From Petromyzon marinus (Eukaryota): DNA of 64,000 nucleotides. The stretch's first letter is position 1. Each line of letters begins with the position of its first letter. Positions 12,690-24,390 of this stretch are shown here, piece by piece. The notes below the pieces were generated by a model that saw only the letters and a program-made list of their open reading frames with translations, was not told the DNA's origin and searched no databases. The DNA is taken from positions 9,247,097 to 9,311,096 of the forward strand of contig NC_133691.1 in NCBI RefSeq assembly GCF_048934315.1. The letters run 5' to 3'. A program made the translations under genes and the position numbers.

Positions 12690-12945
12690 CACCACAAGTG
12701 GTGGGATGCACCGTGACCTCGCAAGCACCACGCCCGGCCAGGTCGCTCAGCGGAAGAGCGAGCGGCTCACAACCTGAAGTGTGCGAGTTCAAATCCTGGT
12801 CACGGGTTGAGTACCATTTTGTTGGGAAGGCAGCAGGGGTTGATCTGTGGATGGCCTTGCCCCTACCACAGGAATGTGGAATTTCCACCTCTGGTCCAGG
12901 CCTGTAAACAGGAGATGACCAATGCCTCAATGCTCGTTTGAGCAG
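12690..12945 (+). mobile_element. SINE-2 (second tRNA-derived family). It has a tRNA-like segment 'gagcgagcggctcacaacc.gaag..tgcgagttcaaatcctgg' and a tail '…ggaatgtggaatttccacc'.
   Basis: Other copies are 33925-34160 (−), 49815-50005 (+) and 51475-51745 (−), with head or tail fragments at 36535-36625, 37590-37690 and 56825-56940. The reverse complement of 56829-56935 reads as a tRNA-like sequence (GGCCATCTGGCTCGGTGGTAGAGCGAGCAG…GTGAGTTCAAACC). Confidence 0.7.
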
Positions 12946-13132
12946 TAAATCACTTCAGCTATAATTTTATAAAGTATGTCACATTCACGAACTGCCTTCT
13001 AACTATTAAATAACACAAATTGCATATAAATGTTTAATATATCGACGTGCGGCGGATCTGTTTTCTGCACGCTACTACGCAGAGCAGCAACATCACTGCT
13101 GAGCGCTGTCGGTTGTCCGTGCGCTGGTGCAG

Positions 13133-13294
13133 GTGGCGCTTTATTCCCGCCGAGAGCTGGGCATCAGGAAGACGTCAAACGTCCTGCTGGCCCTGGCGGC
13201 GGAGCTGCCTCCCTGCCGCCCCCATCTCGTGCGTTACTTCTCCGCGGCGGTCGTGCTGCCTTCCGATTGGCTGGATGTGGCCACCACCTACAAG
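13133..13294 (+). CDS. TEP1: TEP1 exon (TROVE): VALYSRRELGIRKTSNVLLALAAELPPCRPHLVRYFSAAVVLPSDWLDVATTYK
   Basis: Acceptor ggtgcag|, donor AAG|GTACGC. It is near-identical in pattern to human 'SLYARQQLNVRNVANNILAIAAFLPACRPHLRRYFCAIVQLPSDWIQVAELYQ'. Confidence 0.8.
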
Positions 13295-14045
13295 GTACGC
13301 CGCTCACCCACGTCTCTGTGTTCATCACAACAATGCACCCAGCCCACCCGCTCGCACTCACTGACTCACATATGCATGCTCTAACTCATTCACCCTCTCA
13401 CTCACTCACCACACTCCAGGTGACAACACTTCTCTCTCTGCTACTTCCTGCGCACCTCTCCTCTTCGGAATTCCCTCCCATCGTCTCTTTCCCCCCCAAA
13501 CTCTTACAAACATAACCTAACTCAATGCAGGACACGTGTTAAACCTTTCCTATTACAACTTTGCAAGTGCTGCTTGTTGCTAGTCGTTTGATGTTGTGGT
13601 CTTTGGGCCTGTGTTGAGCACCTGTTTCCAAAATAATAATCCACATTTACATAATGTAACCTTGCAGTGCTCTCGGCAATCACCGCTGTCTCGGTAAAAA
13701 CCACGACGTTGCAGTCGCCCTCAAATGGCACAGCCTCTCATTATGACCCCTGAACCCCACGGCACCGTTCGCCTTGGCCCCTGCTCGAGAGCCACGTTTG
13801 TGGGCATGGCTACGAATAGTTTATCTCTCCTTGAGCCGGTGCTCTCTGTGACCTGCTCGCAACGTGACGTGCACCGCCATCAGATTTGCTACATTTAATG
13901 ATTGAAGATTTTGTTTCTGTGCGCCAAACCCGTGCCATAAGGCGTTTGCGTGTGCACGATTCTGGTTGCCGTGCGTGCGATGCCCCCGTCTGCCTTGTCG
14001 CATCGTGGGCTCTGCGTTCTCGCTGCCTGGTGACGCGCGCGGCAG

Positions 14046-14198
14046 TCGCTGTTGGGCACGCGGGAGCGCCTGTCGTTGCCGGCGTGCCTGCGCCGTGCGC
14101 TGGTGGAGAAGTTCCCCGCATTTAACGAGCATCAGCTTGCCAAGTACAACAAGGAAGGACAGAAGCGGGGCCTGCGCAAGGAGGCTCCACCGGGAGAG
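14046..14198 (+). CDS. TEP1: TEP1 exon (TROVE): SLLGTRERLSLPACLRRALVEKFPAFNEHQLAKYNKEGQKRGLRKEAPPGE
   Basis: Donor GAG|GTGAGC. Matches human 'LPACLRTAMTDKFAQFDEYQLAKYN'. Confidence 0.75.
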
Positions 14199-15609
14199 GT
14201 GAGCGGTTCCCCCCTCTCTGGCTGTGGATTTGCATCTCTTCAGCGGAATCAGCGGTCCTCACACGGATCCTTACCGCATGGTAGCTCCAGTTAAAATGGG
14301 TTCTTACATTCATGGCACATGCACCATTCGTGCACGATGCAATTGTTTACAAAGCCACGTAGGTTGGATGTTATGTTGAGGTTTACAAAGCAAGGCTGTT
14401 AGTCAAGTAAATGTTATTATTGTGGTGACTTTTTGGCACATCTTTCATCCAAAGCGCCATCATCACATTAATACTCAGATATAAACGTAGGCCATTCTTT
14501 ACAATGAGAGATTAAAAAAAACTTTACAGTAAAACCTTGGATTGCGAGTAACTTGGTCTGCGAGTGTTTTGCAAGACGAGCACATTTTTAAAATAAATAT
14601 AAATTTGACAAACGAGCGAGGTCTTGCAATACGGGTAGTGTACGTATACGCTTTGTCTGCCGAGCGTCACGTGATCACAACTGATGTACAGGTGCTTTGA
14701 TATACGAGTGTTTGGATTACAAACACGTTTCCAGAACGAATTATGCTCGCAATCCAAGGTTTTACTGTAGTTTATAATATAAAAATAAAAGCAAGTTGTG
14801 GCTGTATTTTTGCATGCTAGTCCAAGAGAGCTGTGTTGTTGAGTTTGACTGTGAATGCAGCGATGGAGTCGAGTGTACGTAAATTACCTCGGGGAGCTTG
14901 TTCCAGAGGCTGTGGTGCTGCAAATGAGAAAGATCTGTCCAACTGCGTGTTTTTTTTGTGTGTTTGGTTGTTGGTGGTCAGCGGGAGGAGTGTTTAGGTT
15001 GTGGAGCAAAGTGATCTGCATGAGGTTTCTGATGTAAGTTACAGGAGCTTGGTTGTGTATTGCTGTGTATGTTAGCAGGGAGCTGATGATGCTGCTGCTG
15101 CAGTGGATGTGGCGTTATTCATGTCCCGTAGTGCAGAGTCTGTTTGCCGTATTTGGGGCGTTTGATGTGGAAGCCGGATTGGTTCGGATGTAGAGGGTTG
15201 CGTGTGGCGATGTGACGAGATAAGCTGCTGCATGACAATTGTTGGAGTGTTTTTTGGCAGGAAGGGTCGGTCGGACACAGGCCAGAGCTAGAGGGGCAAT
15301 GCTGGACGGAACGAATGAGACAAAAATTATGATTGATTCTTGAGTCGCATGCTGATCCTTCTGACTTCGACGAATTGTGGAGTCGTGTGGAGGGTGATTT
15401 TCTGCATATGCCTCGTGTTTAAAGTCACTTTTATGTAGTATAACACGTAGGCTTTCAGTTTAACACGTAGGCTTTCGTGACCAATATCCATAATAGAGGC
15501 TTTCATCGACCAATAACCCAACTGCTAATTTGTATGCATACATTAACCACCCCCCCCCCCCAGCCTTTGCATCTGATTGGCTCACAAGTGACGACATCAC
15601 ATTTATCCC

Positions 15610-15840
15610 TCCACAACTCTGGCTGTCGCCTGATGATGCTGGTTGTAATTATTGGCGAAACGTCATACTCGAATTGTAAATGTTGTGGGTTTACTCTCCA
15701 ACACACCGGTGTGCTGTAGCAGTAATTAATTGCCATGTTTTGTTTGCGCGACAAACCTTACTCATTGGATGTGTCGGGTGGTGGCGGGTTTAGCGACACG
15801 TTCATAAATTTCGCGATCGAACCCAAAAACCTTTTTGTGG
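15610..15840 (+). mobile_element. Interspersed repeat family 3 ('tggctgtcgcctgatga…ttgtaattattggcgaaacgtc…ctccaacacaccggtgtgctgta…ggtggcgggttt').
   Basis: Copies are 40100-40340 (+) and 53745-53935 (−). Related tails lie at 32140-32265 and 36765-36865. Confidence 0.7.
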
Positions 15841-15960
15841 ATCACTTTTATGTTTGCAAATATGGTTCGAGGTTGTCGCGGGGGGACGGCGCCTCTGTGT
15901 GGCACTCTGACTCCGCTTTGCGTGTGCTCGGTGTCTCCCTGGACGCAATGTGTGCTTTAG

Positions 15961-16055
15961 GCGGAGAAGCACTACAAGTATTCGTTGAAATACATGATTC
16001 GTAACCTGCACATCTCCAAGCCGGTGCATTCCGTCATGAGCCTGCTGGGAAAGAG
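15961..16055 (+). CDS. TEP1: TEP1 exon (TROVE): AEKHYKYSLKYMIRNLHISKPVHSVMSLLGK(R)
   Basis: Acceptor gtgctttag|, donor AG|GTGGGT with phase 2 out. Matches human 'LKKLVQRLHIHKPAQHVQALLGYRYP'. Confidence 0.7.
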
Positions 16056-16074
16056 GTGGGTTGTGTGAATGTGT

Positions 16075-16150
16075 GTTGAACTTCTTTTGCACTGTACGTA
16101 GCAAACCACGCTGATCAGAGCTACGGGTTAGGGCCAGTTCACTTCTCTTG
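16075..16150 (+). repeat. Short repeat family 4 ('tgttgaacttcttt…gtacgtagc.aa…gcta.t.ggaggtgcag'), also at 18385-18480 and 56515-56600.
   Basis: Three collinear copies. Two of them begin within 1-20 nt of exon donor sites (16056 and 18384). Confidence 0.6.
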
Positions 16151-16172
16151 CTGCGGTTCAGACACAGTGAGA

Positions 16173-16428
16173 GAGTTATATTCTTGGTTCTTTCGGTAAA
16201 GTCACGTAGAAGGGAAACAATGAAATAATAAAAATATAAAACAATAAAATTCTCACGACGTTTCGACTGCAACACAAGCAATCATCATCAGGTGTGATGA
16301 TGATCATCAGGTGTGATGATGATTGCTTGTGTTGCAGTCGAAACGTCGTGAGAATTTTATTGTTTTATATTTTTATTATTTTATTGTTTCCCTTCTACGT
16401 GACTTTACCGAAAGAACCAAGAATATGA
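16173..16428. mobile_element. MITE-B full palindromic copy (hairpin element, arms 'TTCGGTAAAGTCACGTAG…CTACGTGACTTTACCGAA'), flanked by the direct repeat gtgagagagtt.
   Basis: ~120-bp near-perfect inverted arms around a central (tgatgatgatcatcaggtg)x2 motif. Confidence 0.85.
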
Positions 16429-16852
16429 ATCCATGCAGTCACGAAAGTGAGAGAGTTGTCTATCAGGGCATTCCTTGCTTTTCATGCCATTGCCTTAGTC
16501 AGTATTTTTTCTTGCAATTCAACCATTAAACAACTGGTATTACATAAAAAAACACTGTGTATTTGTCACTCCAGATAGCGCCTTTCTGCTGGCCTACACA
16601 GGAGTGCGACGCTTTGTGAATACCTCGCGGTTTCCTTAGAGAGCACAGACTCGTAGGCCGAACCTCACCACCTCCACAGAGTCCATCACCGCATTGGCAC
16701 AATGCCAAGAGACCGTGAGAACTGTTGAAATACATTTCATAAACGTCGTGTTATTGGACTGTTACGTTCCGTTGCTCTGACGCACCCCTGGGGGCATCGG
16801 AGTCTCGCGATGTTCGTGGGAACTGAGAGCGCGCGCGGCCACGTGTGGGCAG

Positions 16853-17010
16853 ATACCCGGGCGACCTGGCGACGTTCGCCCGCTCGGGGTTGCCGGGAGC
16901 GTTTGACTCGCGCCGCGCCGGCACTCGGATGAAGCTCGCCGTCCCGGAGACCTGGGAGACGCAGGTGTCTCTGCGGGGAAACCGAGCGGAGGTCTGGGAG
17001 GAACTCATCG
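16853..17010 (+). CDS. TEP1: TEP1 exon (TROVE): (R)YPGDLATFARSGLPGAFDSRRAGTRMKLAVPETWETQVSLRGNRAEVWEELI
   Basis: Phase 2 in (AG+a gives R) and phase 1 out (donor ATCG|GTGGGA). Matches human 'YRYPSNLQLFSRSRLPGPWDSSRAGKRMKLSRPETWERELSLRGNKASVWEELI'. This exon has an inverted pseudo-copy at 25163-25445. Confidence 0.8.
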
Positions 17011-17691
17011 GTGGGAGCTGCACGCCGGGATACGCGCGCTTGCTATGAAGCCACTTTGTACTTCTGGGGGGTTTTTTTTACCCCCAAAATAATCTTTAAC
17101 GTGTAAAATGCCCTGTGACGAGACATCGCGTTTGAATCACGGTGGCAATTGATACGTACATAAAAAACGAGCAACGACGTAGTAAACGCATTCACAAATA
17201 CACCCACAGACAAAGATCCTCCTGTAGCCATTATCAGACTGTTGGGGTGAGTGCTGTTAGCACACAAACACGGCGCACTAGGGCACGTGAGCGAGGATGG
17301 CTAGCACCATGCCCGGCCGCTTTAGTCTCCACAATGCTGATGTTTACACACTGCACCCGGTACTAATTTAAAGGGGAGGCCCAGGACTGATTCAGATATT
17401 TTCGTGCAAGTGGGGTAACTCTCAATCCCTTTAACACACGGAAACAAATTGAGATGATTCCTCTTGCCGTACTACCGTGCCCTGTCAAGCCAGGCGATGG
17501 CGACCTCCACGCTCACGGGTAGGGAGGGAGTTCGATCCACCTGCCCTGGCCGCCTCCATGGTGCTGCTGGGTCACGGTGCTCAGGCAGCGGAGCCGTCGG
17601 CGCCCGAGCACGGAGGCAGCCGCGCCAAACCCGCGGGCCCCTGCCGGCTTCCCACAACTGACCCGGTGCTCACCGCGCCCTGTGTCCGTAG

Positions 17692-17792
17692 ATCACAAGA
17701 AGCTGCCCTTCATGGCCATGCTGCGGAATCTGAGCAACCTCATCTGTGCCGGGATAAGCCCCGCACACCACGCCGTCGTCCTGCGCACACTC
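17692..17792 (+). CDS. TEP1: TEP1 exon (TROVE): (D)HKKLPFMAMLRNLSNLICAGISPAHHAVVLRTLTSK
   Basis: Acceptor ctgtgtccgtag|, donor AAG|GTAGCG. Matches human 'GKLPFMAMLRNLCNLLRVGISSRHHELILQRLQHA'. Confidence 0.8.
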
Positions 17793-18288
17793 ACGAGCAA
17801 GGTAGCGGAGTTGTCTCGGGGTGCGTCGGTGGCGCTCCCCGGCTCCCCGGTCAGGGCCCCCGAGTACAGAACGGCTTGTGCAATTTTGGAAATGTCGAAA
17901 GAAATTCTCTTCTTGCGTATGGAGATCTGTTTCAGGAGCTAAATGTCAAGGTCTGCTGGCCACAAGAGGACTTCAAGAAATTGGATGTGGGTGTGTGTGT
18001 GTGTGTGTAGCGCGCTGCGCCACGAACCCACCAACCCGAATTTGATTTCCACTCCTGGCTAAAAGCGGTGATGAATATCTGAACCGGTCCTGGGCCTCCA
18101 CTAGGTGGACTCAGCCTCAAATGAGTACCTGGTGCAGTGTGCAAATATTGCCACAACGTGTGGTGCTGGCCACCCACCTCGTGTACTGTGCCGGCCTTCA
18201 TAGGTGCTCGCTACAGCACTTGCCCCAAAAATCTGTTCAGGCTATGCGGGGGATCTTTGTCTTTGTATGTGTGTGTCTGTATCTGCAG

Positions 18289-18383
18289 GATTCAGTGGTG
18301 CGCAGCAAACAGTTCCCCTTTCGGTTTTTCTCCGCCTACGAGGTCCTCTCCGAGTTGGAGGCCCGGATACAAAAAGGAGGTTT
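18289..18383 (+). CDS. TEP1: TEP1 exon (TROVE): DSVVRSKQFPFRFFSAYEVLSELEARIQKGG
   Basis: Acceptor tatctgcag|, donor TT|GTACGT with phase 2 out. Matches human 'SRQFPFRFLNAHDAIDALEAQL'. Confidence 0.75.
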
Positions 18384-18550
18384 GTACGTATGTACGTTGA
18401 ACTTCTTTCACACTCTATGTAGCCAACCATGCTCATCGGAGGTGCAGGGGGAAGGACAACAAGACTGAGGTTGGAGGTAGACCGTTGTTGTTGTTTGAGC
18501 AGAGTTCCACTCCCGAGGCTCCGCATCCCGCTCGTCACCCAGTCGCGAGG

Positions 18551-18930
18551 GCTGCTGCTGGTGCTGCTGCTGGTGCTGCTGGTGCTGCTGGTGCTGCTGG
18601 TGGTGCTGTTGGTGCTGCTGCTGGTGCTGCTGGTGCTGCTGCTGGTGCTGCTGGTGCTGCTGCTGGTGCTGCTGCTGGTGCTGCTGCTGGTGCTGGTGCT
18701 GCTGGTGCTGGTGCTGCTGGTGCTGCTGGTGCTGCTGCTGGTGCTACTGGTGCTGCTGCTGGTGCTGCTAGTACTGCTGCTGGTGCTGCTTCTGGTGTTG
18801 CTGGTGGTGCTGGTGCTGCTGCTGGTGCTGCTGCTGGTACTGCTGCTGCTGGTACTGCTAGTGCTGCTGGTGGTGCTGGTGCTGCTGCTGGTACCGGTGC
18901 TGCTGGTGCTGCTGGTGCTGGTGCTGTGGT
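18551..18930. repeat. (GCTGCTGGT)n-type imperfect 9/12-bp microsatellite, ~380 bp, intronic.
   Basis: It produces poly-Leu, poly-Ala and poly-Ser pseudo-ORFs on both strands (18242-19141). Confidence 0.9.
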
Positions 18931-19299
18931 TGTTATTTGTGATGTGGCTTCCACACCCAGGGGGAGCTCCGGAGGGCAGCAGCCAGCTGAGAGTTACAGC
19001 GACAACACCCAACCAAACGCAGAGATGGAGCATCAGATTCTAAAGAGAATTATAATTAATCTAGTGTTGTTTCACCATCAAAATATTACTGCAGGTAAAC
19101 ATCACCATCACGTGGGGGCTGTCTTGGCACTGCAATTGTAAACTTGAGTAGAAATAGTGATACAATGCTATAAGTGTGTCTGGTGTAAACATATGTGATG
19201 CTAATAAGGCCATTGCAATGATTGCAATAGCCACGTTTCTTTGCTGAATGAATCGTGAGACAGTGAAGCCTTTTCAGTTTGAGGCTCTGTGAGGTTCAG

Positions 19300-19518
19300 G
19301 TTGAACGCGTCTGACCGTGACTGCGCGCACACCGTGGCTTTCGTTTCGCCAGAGGAGGACGTGCCAAGCTTGCGCGTGATGATGAAGAACGCCATTCTGA
19401 AGAAGTTAAGGATCAAGTCTCGAAGGAACCCAGCCTCGGCCTCGCCCGCGAGAGGAAAGTTCGACGCGGATCTGTACGCCGTTTGTAAGAGGGCACGAAA
19501 ACGCCTCCTCAAAAAAAG
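19300..19518 (+). CDS. TEP1: TEP1 exon (basic linker): (L)NASDRDCAHTVAFVSPEEDVPSLRVMMKNAILKKLRIKSRRNPASASPARGKFDADLYAVCKRARKRLLKK(R)
   Basis: Acceptor ggttcag|, donor AG|GTAGGC. Phase 2 in and 2 out, fitting both neighbouring exons exactly. It corresponds to the basic 'RILTRNEKNRPRRRF…' region of human TEP1. Confidence 0.55.
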
Positions 19519-20574
19519 GTAGGCACGGCGCGTGCACCCGATGGAGGAAAGCGCCGATGTCTCGTGCGCGCTGCTGCTGGAACACGAACATGGCCTTTGG
19601 TTGTCTCGCAGCCAGCATTGGACGTACGCACAGTCACGTGCCCGCCGACGGTGCGTGCGGCTGTGAGCGCGCACACGTGCGCGGCGACTCGTCGTTGTGG
19701 CCGGAGCCGTGAGTCAGGAAATGAAACGCACACGAGCGTGTTGAGATTCGTCACGCGACGTTGCCTCTTTTGCAAGGGGCGACCTGGGAACTGAAGACAG
19801 GTCGCTCCATCTTTATCAAAGACAAAGATCTACCGTATAGCCTTAACAGACTGTCGGGAGCAAGTGGTGTTAGCGAGCACCTATGAAGGCCGGCACGGCA
19901 CACGAGAGGATGGGTGGCCAGCACCGCATCCAGCCACCTTTGTCTCCCGAGTGGCCATGTTAGCATACTGTACCAGGTACTTATTTGAGGCTGAGTCGAC
20001 CTAGGGAAGGCCCAGGACCGGTTCAGATGATCCGTGTTGGCTGTGAGCGGCAATCAAACTCGGGTGGCCGGGTTCGTAGCGCAGAGTTGACCGCTACGCC
20101 ACCGCTCTTCTTCAGGCATCTTTTGCAGCGCACAGGTGAACATATCCGTGCAAAAAACGCGTGGACGGTTACTCGCGCTTAGTCCATTGATTCCGTCTCG
20201 GCTGGGGTTCATTCTTCAGCTCTTGACTGTATTCCGCCTTTTGATGAGTAGCCATTTCCCCGATGCTGGCACGTCTCGTAACGATTCCGCGTCGCGTTCA
20301 GCATCGCTGTCGTCCCACATTCATTGTTGCCCCCTCCGTGTACAGACTCCCTCGCCACCAACCAACCGTGGCTTGCTGGCCTCGCGCTACCATCTCCCGT
20401 TGCAATAACGAACCCCAATCCTGAGCGAGTCTCTCAGGAATTCTTGCCCCTTTCAACTCCGCGGTGGCTGAAAGCATAACCGGTGTGCTTCGAGAAGAAG
20501 GCTTCGTTTATTGTGAGATCACAGCTACGGCACGTGGATCCTCAGTGTGATGCTTAGCCGCTGGGAAGATTGTT

Positions 20575-21690
20575 AGGTGTGTGTTGTTGTGCACACACTG
20601 GCTGCCGGGAGTTCTGTGTGCGTTGCTCTGTGTATCGTTGTGTGTTGCTGTGTGTGTTGCTGTGTGTATCGTGTGTTGCTGTGTGTATCAATATGTGTTG
20701 GGTGTGTGTTGCTGTGTGTATCGTTGTGTATTCTGTGTGTGTTGCTGTGTGTATCAATATGTGTTGGGTGTGTGTTGCTGTGTATATCGTTGTGTATTCT
20801 GTGTGTGTTGCTGTGTGTATCGTTGTGTATTCTGTGTGTGTTGCTGTGTGTATCGTTGTGTATTCTGTGTGTATCGTTGTGTGTTGCTGTGTGTATCATG
20901 TGTTGGGTGTGTGTTGCTGTGTGTATCGTTGTGTATTCTGTGTGTGTTGCTGTGTGTATCGTTGTGTAGTCTGTGTGTATCGTTGTGTGTTGCTGTGTGT
21001 GTTGCTGCGTGTATCAATATGTGTTGGGTGTGTGTTGCTGTGTGTATCGTTGTGTATTCTGTGTGTGTTGCTGTGTGTATCGTTGTGTAGTCTGTGTGTA
21101 TCGTTGTGTGTTGCTGTGTGTGTTGCTGTGTGTATCATTACGTGTTGGGTGTGTGTTGCTGTGTGTATCGTTGTGTATTCTGTGTGTGTTGCTGTGTGTA
21201 TCATTGTGTATTCTGTGTGTATCGTTGTGTATTCTGTGTGTATCGTTTTGTGTTGCTGTGTGTGTTGCTGTGTGTATCAATATGTGTTGGGTGTGTGTTG
21301 CTGTGTGTATCGTTGTGTATTCTGTGTGTGTTGCTGTGTGTATCGTTGTGTATTCTGTGTGTATCGTTTTGTGTTGCTGTGTGTATCAATATGTGTTGGG
21401 TGTGTGTTGCTGTGTGTATCGTTGTGTATTCTGTGTGTGTTGCTGTGTGTATCGTTGTGTATTCTGTGTATCGTTTTGTGTTGTTGTGTGTGTTGCTGTG
21501 TGTATCATGTGTTGGGTGTGTGTTGCTGTGTGTATCGTTGTGTATTCTGTGTGTGTTGCTGTGCGTATCGTTGTGTATTCTGTGTGTATCGTGTGTTGCT
21601 GTGTGTGTTGCTGTGTGTATCATTACGTGTTGGGTGTGTGTTGCTGTGTGTATCGTTGTGCATTCTGTGTGTGTTGCTGTGCGAACCATT
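20575..21690. repeat. GT-rich minisatellite of ~1.1 kb (units ~33-40 bp, 'tgtgtgttgctgtgtgtatcgttgtgtattc'). It lies immediately upstream of exon 21699.
   Basis: Visible periodicity. Cys/Val-rich pseudo-ORFs appear on + and His/Thr-rich ones on −. Confidence 0.9.
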
Positions 21691-21698
21691 GTGAACAG

Positions 21699-21882
21699 AA
21701 TGGCTGCCGGGTGTGATGCGGAGCTGCTGGGCCGGTACAAGGAAGCGCTGGACCACGCCGTGAGGATCTCCACGTCGCACAACGTCGCCCCGCTGCCGGG
21801 CCGAACGCTCGTGCTGTGCAACACCTCGGCGGCCATGAACAAGCCCTGCAGCACAGGCCGCGGCTTGGGGAAGTCGCGCACG
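21699..21882 (+). CDS. TEP1: TEP1 exon (TROVE vWA-like part): (R)MAAGCDAELLGRYKEALDHAVRISTSHNVAPLPGRTLVLCNTSAAMNKPCSTGRGLGKSRT
   Basis: Acceptor gtgaacag|, donor ACG|GTACGT. Matches human 'YDGEMLNRYRQALETAVNLSVKHSLPLLPGRTVLVYLTDANADRL'. Confidence 0.8.
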
Positions 21883-22733
21883 GTACGTGCGGCCCGCCAC
21901 CGCTTCGACAGCAACATCAAGGCCACAGCTGCTGCTGCTGCATCCTAGATGCACCACCTCCTAGATCTGCCCCGACGGTCTCACACCGTCTGGCCCTCGG
22001 TCTCTTCCCCTTGGTCACCGGACTCATGGAGACCACGCCAATGCCTGTCTCGGCAACGGGGCCTCCACTATCGCATACATATGCCCCACCCAGCACGGCC
22101 TCTAACATTCTTTTACCATGAATTTGGTTCGTAAAAGTGATTCGTCCCGGCCAACTTTTGTGACATCAACTGGCAGCTATAAGGTGATGCCACCACAGGT
22201 GATAGCGCCAAGCGGAACATCTCGTCTGGGCTCGTGAGATTTCCCCGTCGTATATTTTCATCGTATATATATATATCACTTAAGCTTTTTCGTGCAACCA
22301 ATCACGGGGGGGGGGGGGGGGGGTGGGTGGACATCCTGAACGATGTTATGATTATTCTTTGTTCTTTCGGTAAAGTCACGTTGAAGGGAAACAATAAAAT
22401 AATAAAAATGACTTTACCGAAAGAACCAAGAATATGAATCCCTGCAGTCACGAAAGCTTTAAATTAAAATAAAAAAAAGGTGTTATGATTGTGCTCAAAT
22501 GGTTTGCGTCGCACCTCTTAAAAAAAATCAACCGTGAGTAGCGACGTCGTCACATCGCTACGAGGACTCGGCAAGTCGGCCGTTTCCCTATGAAGCCTCG
22601 GGGGTGCGCCCGCCCGTGAAGCCCAACGGATTCTCGCACAAATTGCTCACCACCAAGTGTGCCGCTCCTGCGCCTGCGCCGACGCCGTGGCCCCGCGTGG
22701 TTTTGTGATGGCGCCCGCGCTGTGACACCGCAG

Positions 22734-22880
22734 GTGCTGGAGGTGGCCCTGCTGCTGGGGCTCATGGTGAAGTTTGCGAGCGAGCACGCGGAGCTGGTGC
22801 TGTGGGGCCGGGGCTCCGCTCGGCACGTGCAGCTCGCGGACGGAACCGTGCTCGAGAATCTGGAGCAGCTGCTGCGGGAG
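22734..22880 (+). CDS. TEP1: TEP1 exon: VLEVALLLGLMVKFASEHAELVLWGRGSARHVQLADGTVLENLEQLLRE
   Basis: Acceptor acaccgcag|, donor GAG|GTGACG. Matches human 'LNYALLLIGMMITRAEQVDVVLCGGDTLKTAVL'. Confidence 0.7.
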
Positions 22881-23138
22881 GTGACGGACGCGCGGCTGCG
22901 AACGCGATGCTTGTGGTTTGACAAGTCACTGCGACAGGGTCGTTCGAGGGGGCTTTGACAGCTTTCGTCTCTAACTGATGTTGACGATCGAGTGTGCAAT
23001 AATGCCAGTACTTTACAAGTCGAACAGAAAATGTAAAGTGATGGTTATCGGTGTGGCGCGTGGAGTGTGTGGATCGTGGAAGGTAAAATGCAATGGAGAA
23101 TCCTCCAGAGCCACTTCTCATGAACACCGCTCGTGCAG

Positions 23139-23267
23139 GAGGAGCAGAGGCGGGAGGAGGAAGAGGAGGACAGCGACGACAGCGAGGCTGGGGTGGACAG
23201 CGACGATGAGGATGACACGGGCTTACCTGAGGAGCTGCTGTCCACCCTGCTCCTGCAGAAGAAGCAG
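23139..23267 (+). CDS. TEP1: TEP1 exon (acidic stretch): EEQRREEEEEDSDDSEAGVDSDDEDDTGLPEELLSTLLLQKKQ
   Basis: Acceptor tcgtgcag|, donor CAG|GTATTG, phase 0/0. Confidence 0.6.
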
Positions 23268-23545
23268 GTATTGGTGGCGCTGCCGACGGATCGTCGTCCC
23301 CCACGCGGCGACCTCCGCGAGACCCTCCACAGTTCGCTCCAAACACACCGACGGTCGATTGTGACTCTTCAAGTCACGTGACTTCTTCTCCCCCTCTCCT
23401 TAGGTTACGGTTCATGGTGGGGGTGCGTGCCACCTCGTGGCACGAGGCCTGCAAACGCAGTTGTTATCCTGGAGCCTGTTTGCCTTCCGGAATGAAACCG
23501 AGTCTTTACGAATAATTTTCTCCTTCCAAAGTGATAACTTTTCAG

Positions 23546-23817
23546 CGTCCCCCAAGCGCACGCAATGTCGTTGGTGCCGGATACAAACGTCCCAACGTAG
23601 CAGGCCCCCTGCGTGGCTGTCTGGTTGTGAACAAGCACACCGGCGGTGCGACGCGGTTTCCTGGTGTTGCGTGCGGCTGCCAGGTGACCGCGCTGGTGGT
23701 GCTGGACTGGCGCGTGAAGCTCCCACCGAGCGTGCGACGCTTCCTCGTGCGTTACCGCCACTCGGTCAACCCAGGCCTCCTCTTCCTGCACTGCAACCTG
23801 GCGGCCACGAGCACGGG
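23546..23817 (+). CDS. TEP1: TEP1 exon: RPPSARNVVGAGYKRPNVAGPLRGCLVVNKHTGGATRFPGVACGCQVTALVVLDWRVKLPPSVRRFLVRYRHSVNPGLLFLHCNLAATSTG
   Basis: Acceptor aacttttcag|, donor GG|GTGCGT with phase 2 out. Open frame with coding-like composition. Confidence 0.6.
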
Positions 23818-24318
23818 GTGCGTCGCAGGCCTCCCGGGGGTCGAGGGTTAGGGGGTCAGCCTCGTGATCGTCCGTGCTGGGCACGGCCCCTACTGCGGTG
23901 ATGCTCCCCGAGAAGTCACGCGCTGAACAGTCCAACGCGGCACCCGCCCGAACGGCCCCTGATTCTCAGCGGTTTGCGAATTCGGGGAAATGAAAGTTGG
24001 GCTCAGGGAGCGCTACTTGCTGCTGCCCTGTGTGCCATGCGGTCTGATTCTCCTGCTCTGCTACTCTCCCTGCCCTCTCCCTCCCTCTCGCTCGCCCGCC
24101 AAGCCTCTCTGATTTGCTATGCTTCTCACTCTCCCGAGCATTCGCAGTCCGCATTAAAATAAGCAACGATGTGGTGGTATCTGCACGAATCGCGATATTT
24201 TCATTGATTACTCAGTTGAAAGGAAATGTATTTGCGGTATTTCGTTCTCACATTTTGTAGGAGCCGAAGGCTGTGTATTATTAAGTGCGTGCTGCGTGGA
24301 TGTTTCTTGCTGCTGTAG

Positions 24319-24390
24319 GGTTGGCGACCCTGCAGAGGGGTACCACGAGAGCGACGTGTTTGCCTCGGGCTACAGCGAGCAGATCCTCAG
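24319..24390 (+). CDS. TEP1: TEP1 exon: (G)VGDPAEGYHESDVFASGYSEQIL(R)
   Basis: Acceptor ttgctgctgtag|, donor AG|GTGGGT. Phase 2 in and out, consistent with its neighbours. Confidence 0.5.

Noticed and set aside
18242-19141. Overlapping 140-260-aa ORFs on both strands (poly-Leu/Val, poly-Ala, Ser/Thr-rich).
   Set aside because: They are translations of the (GCTGCTGGT)n microsatellite in all frames and are intronic.
20570-21694. Cys/Val-rich + ORFs and His/Thr-rich − ORFs of up to 374 aa.
   Set aside because: A GT-rich ~35-bp minisatellite read in multiple frames. Only the segment after 21699 (MAAGCDAELLGRYKEALDH…) is real coding sequence.
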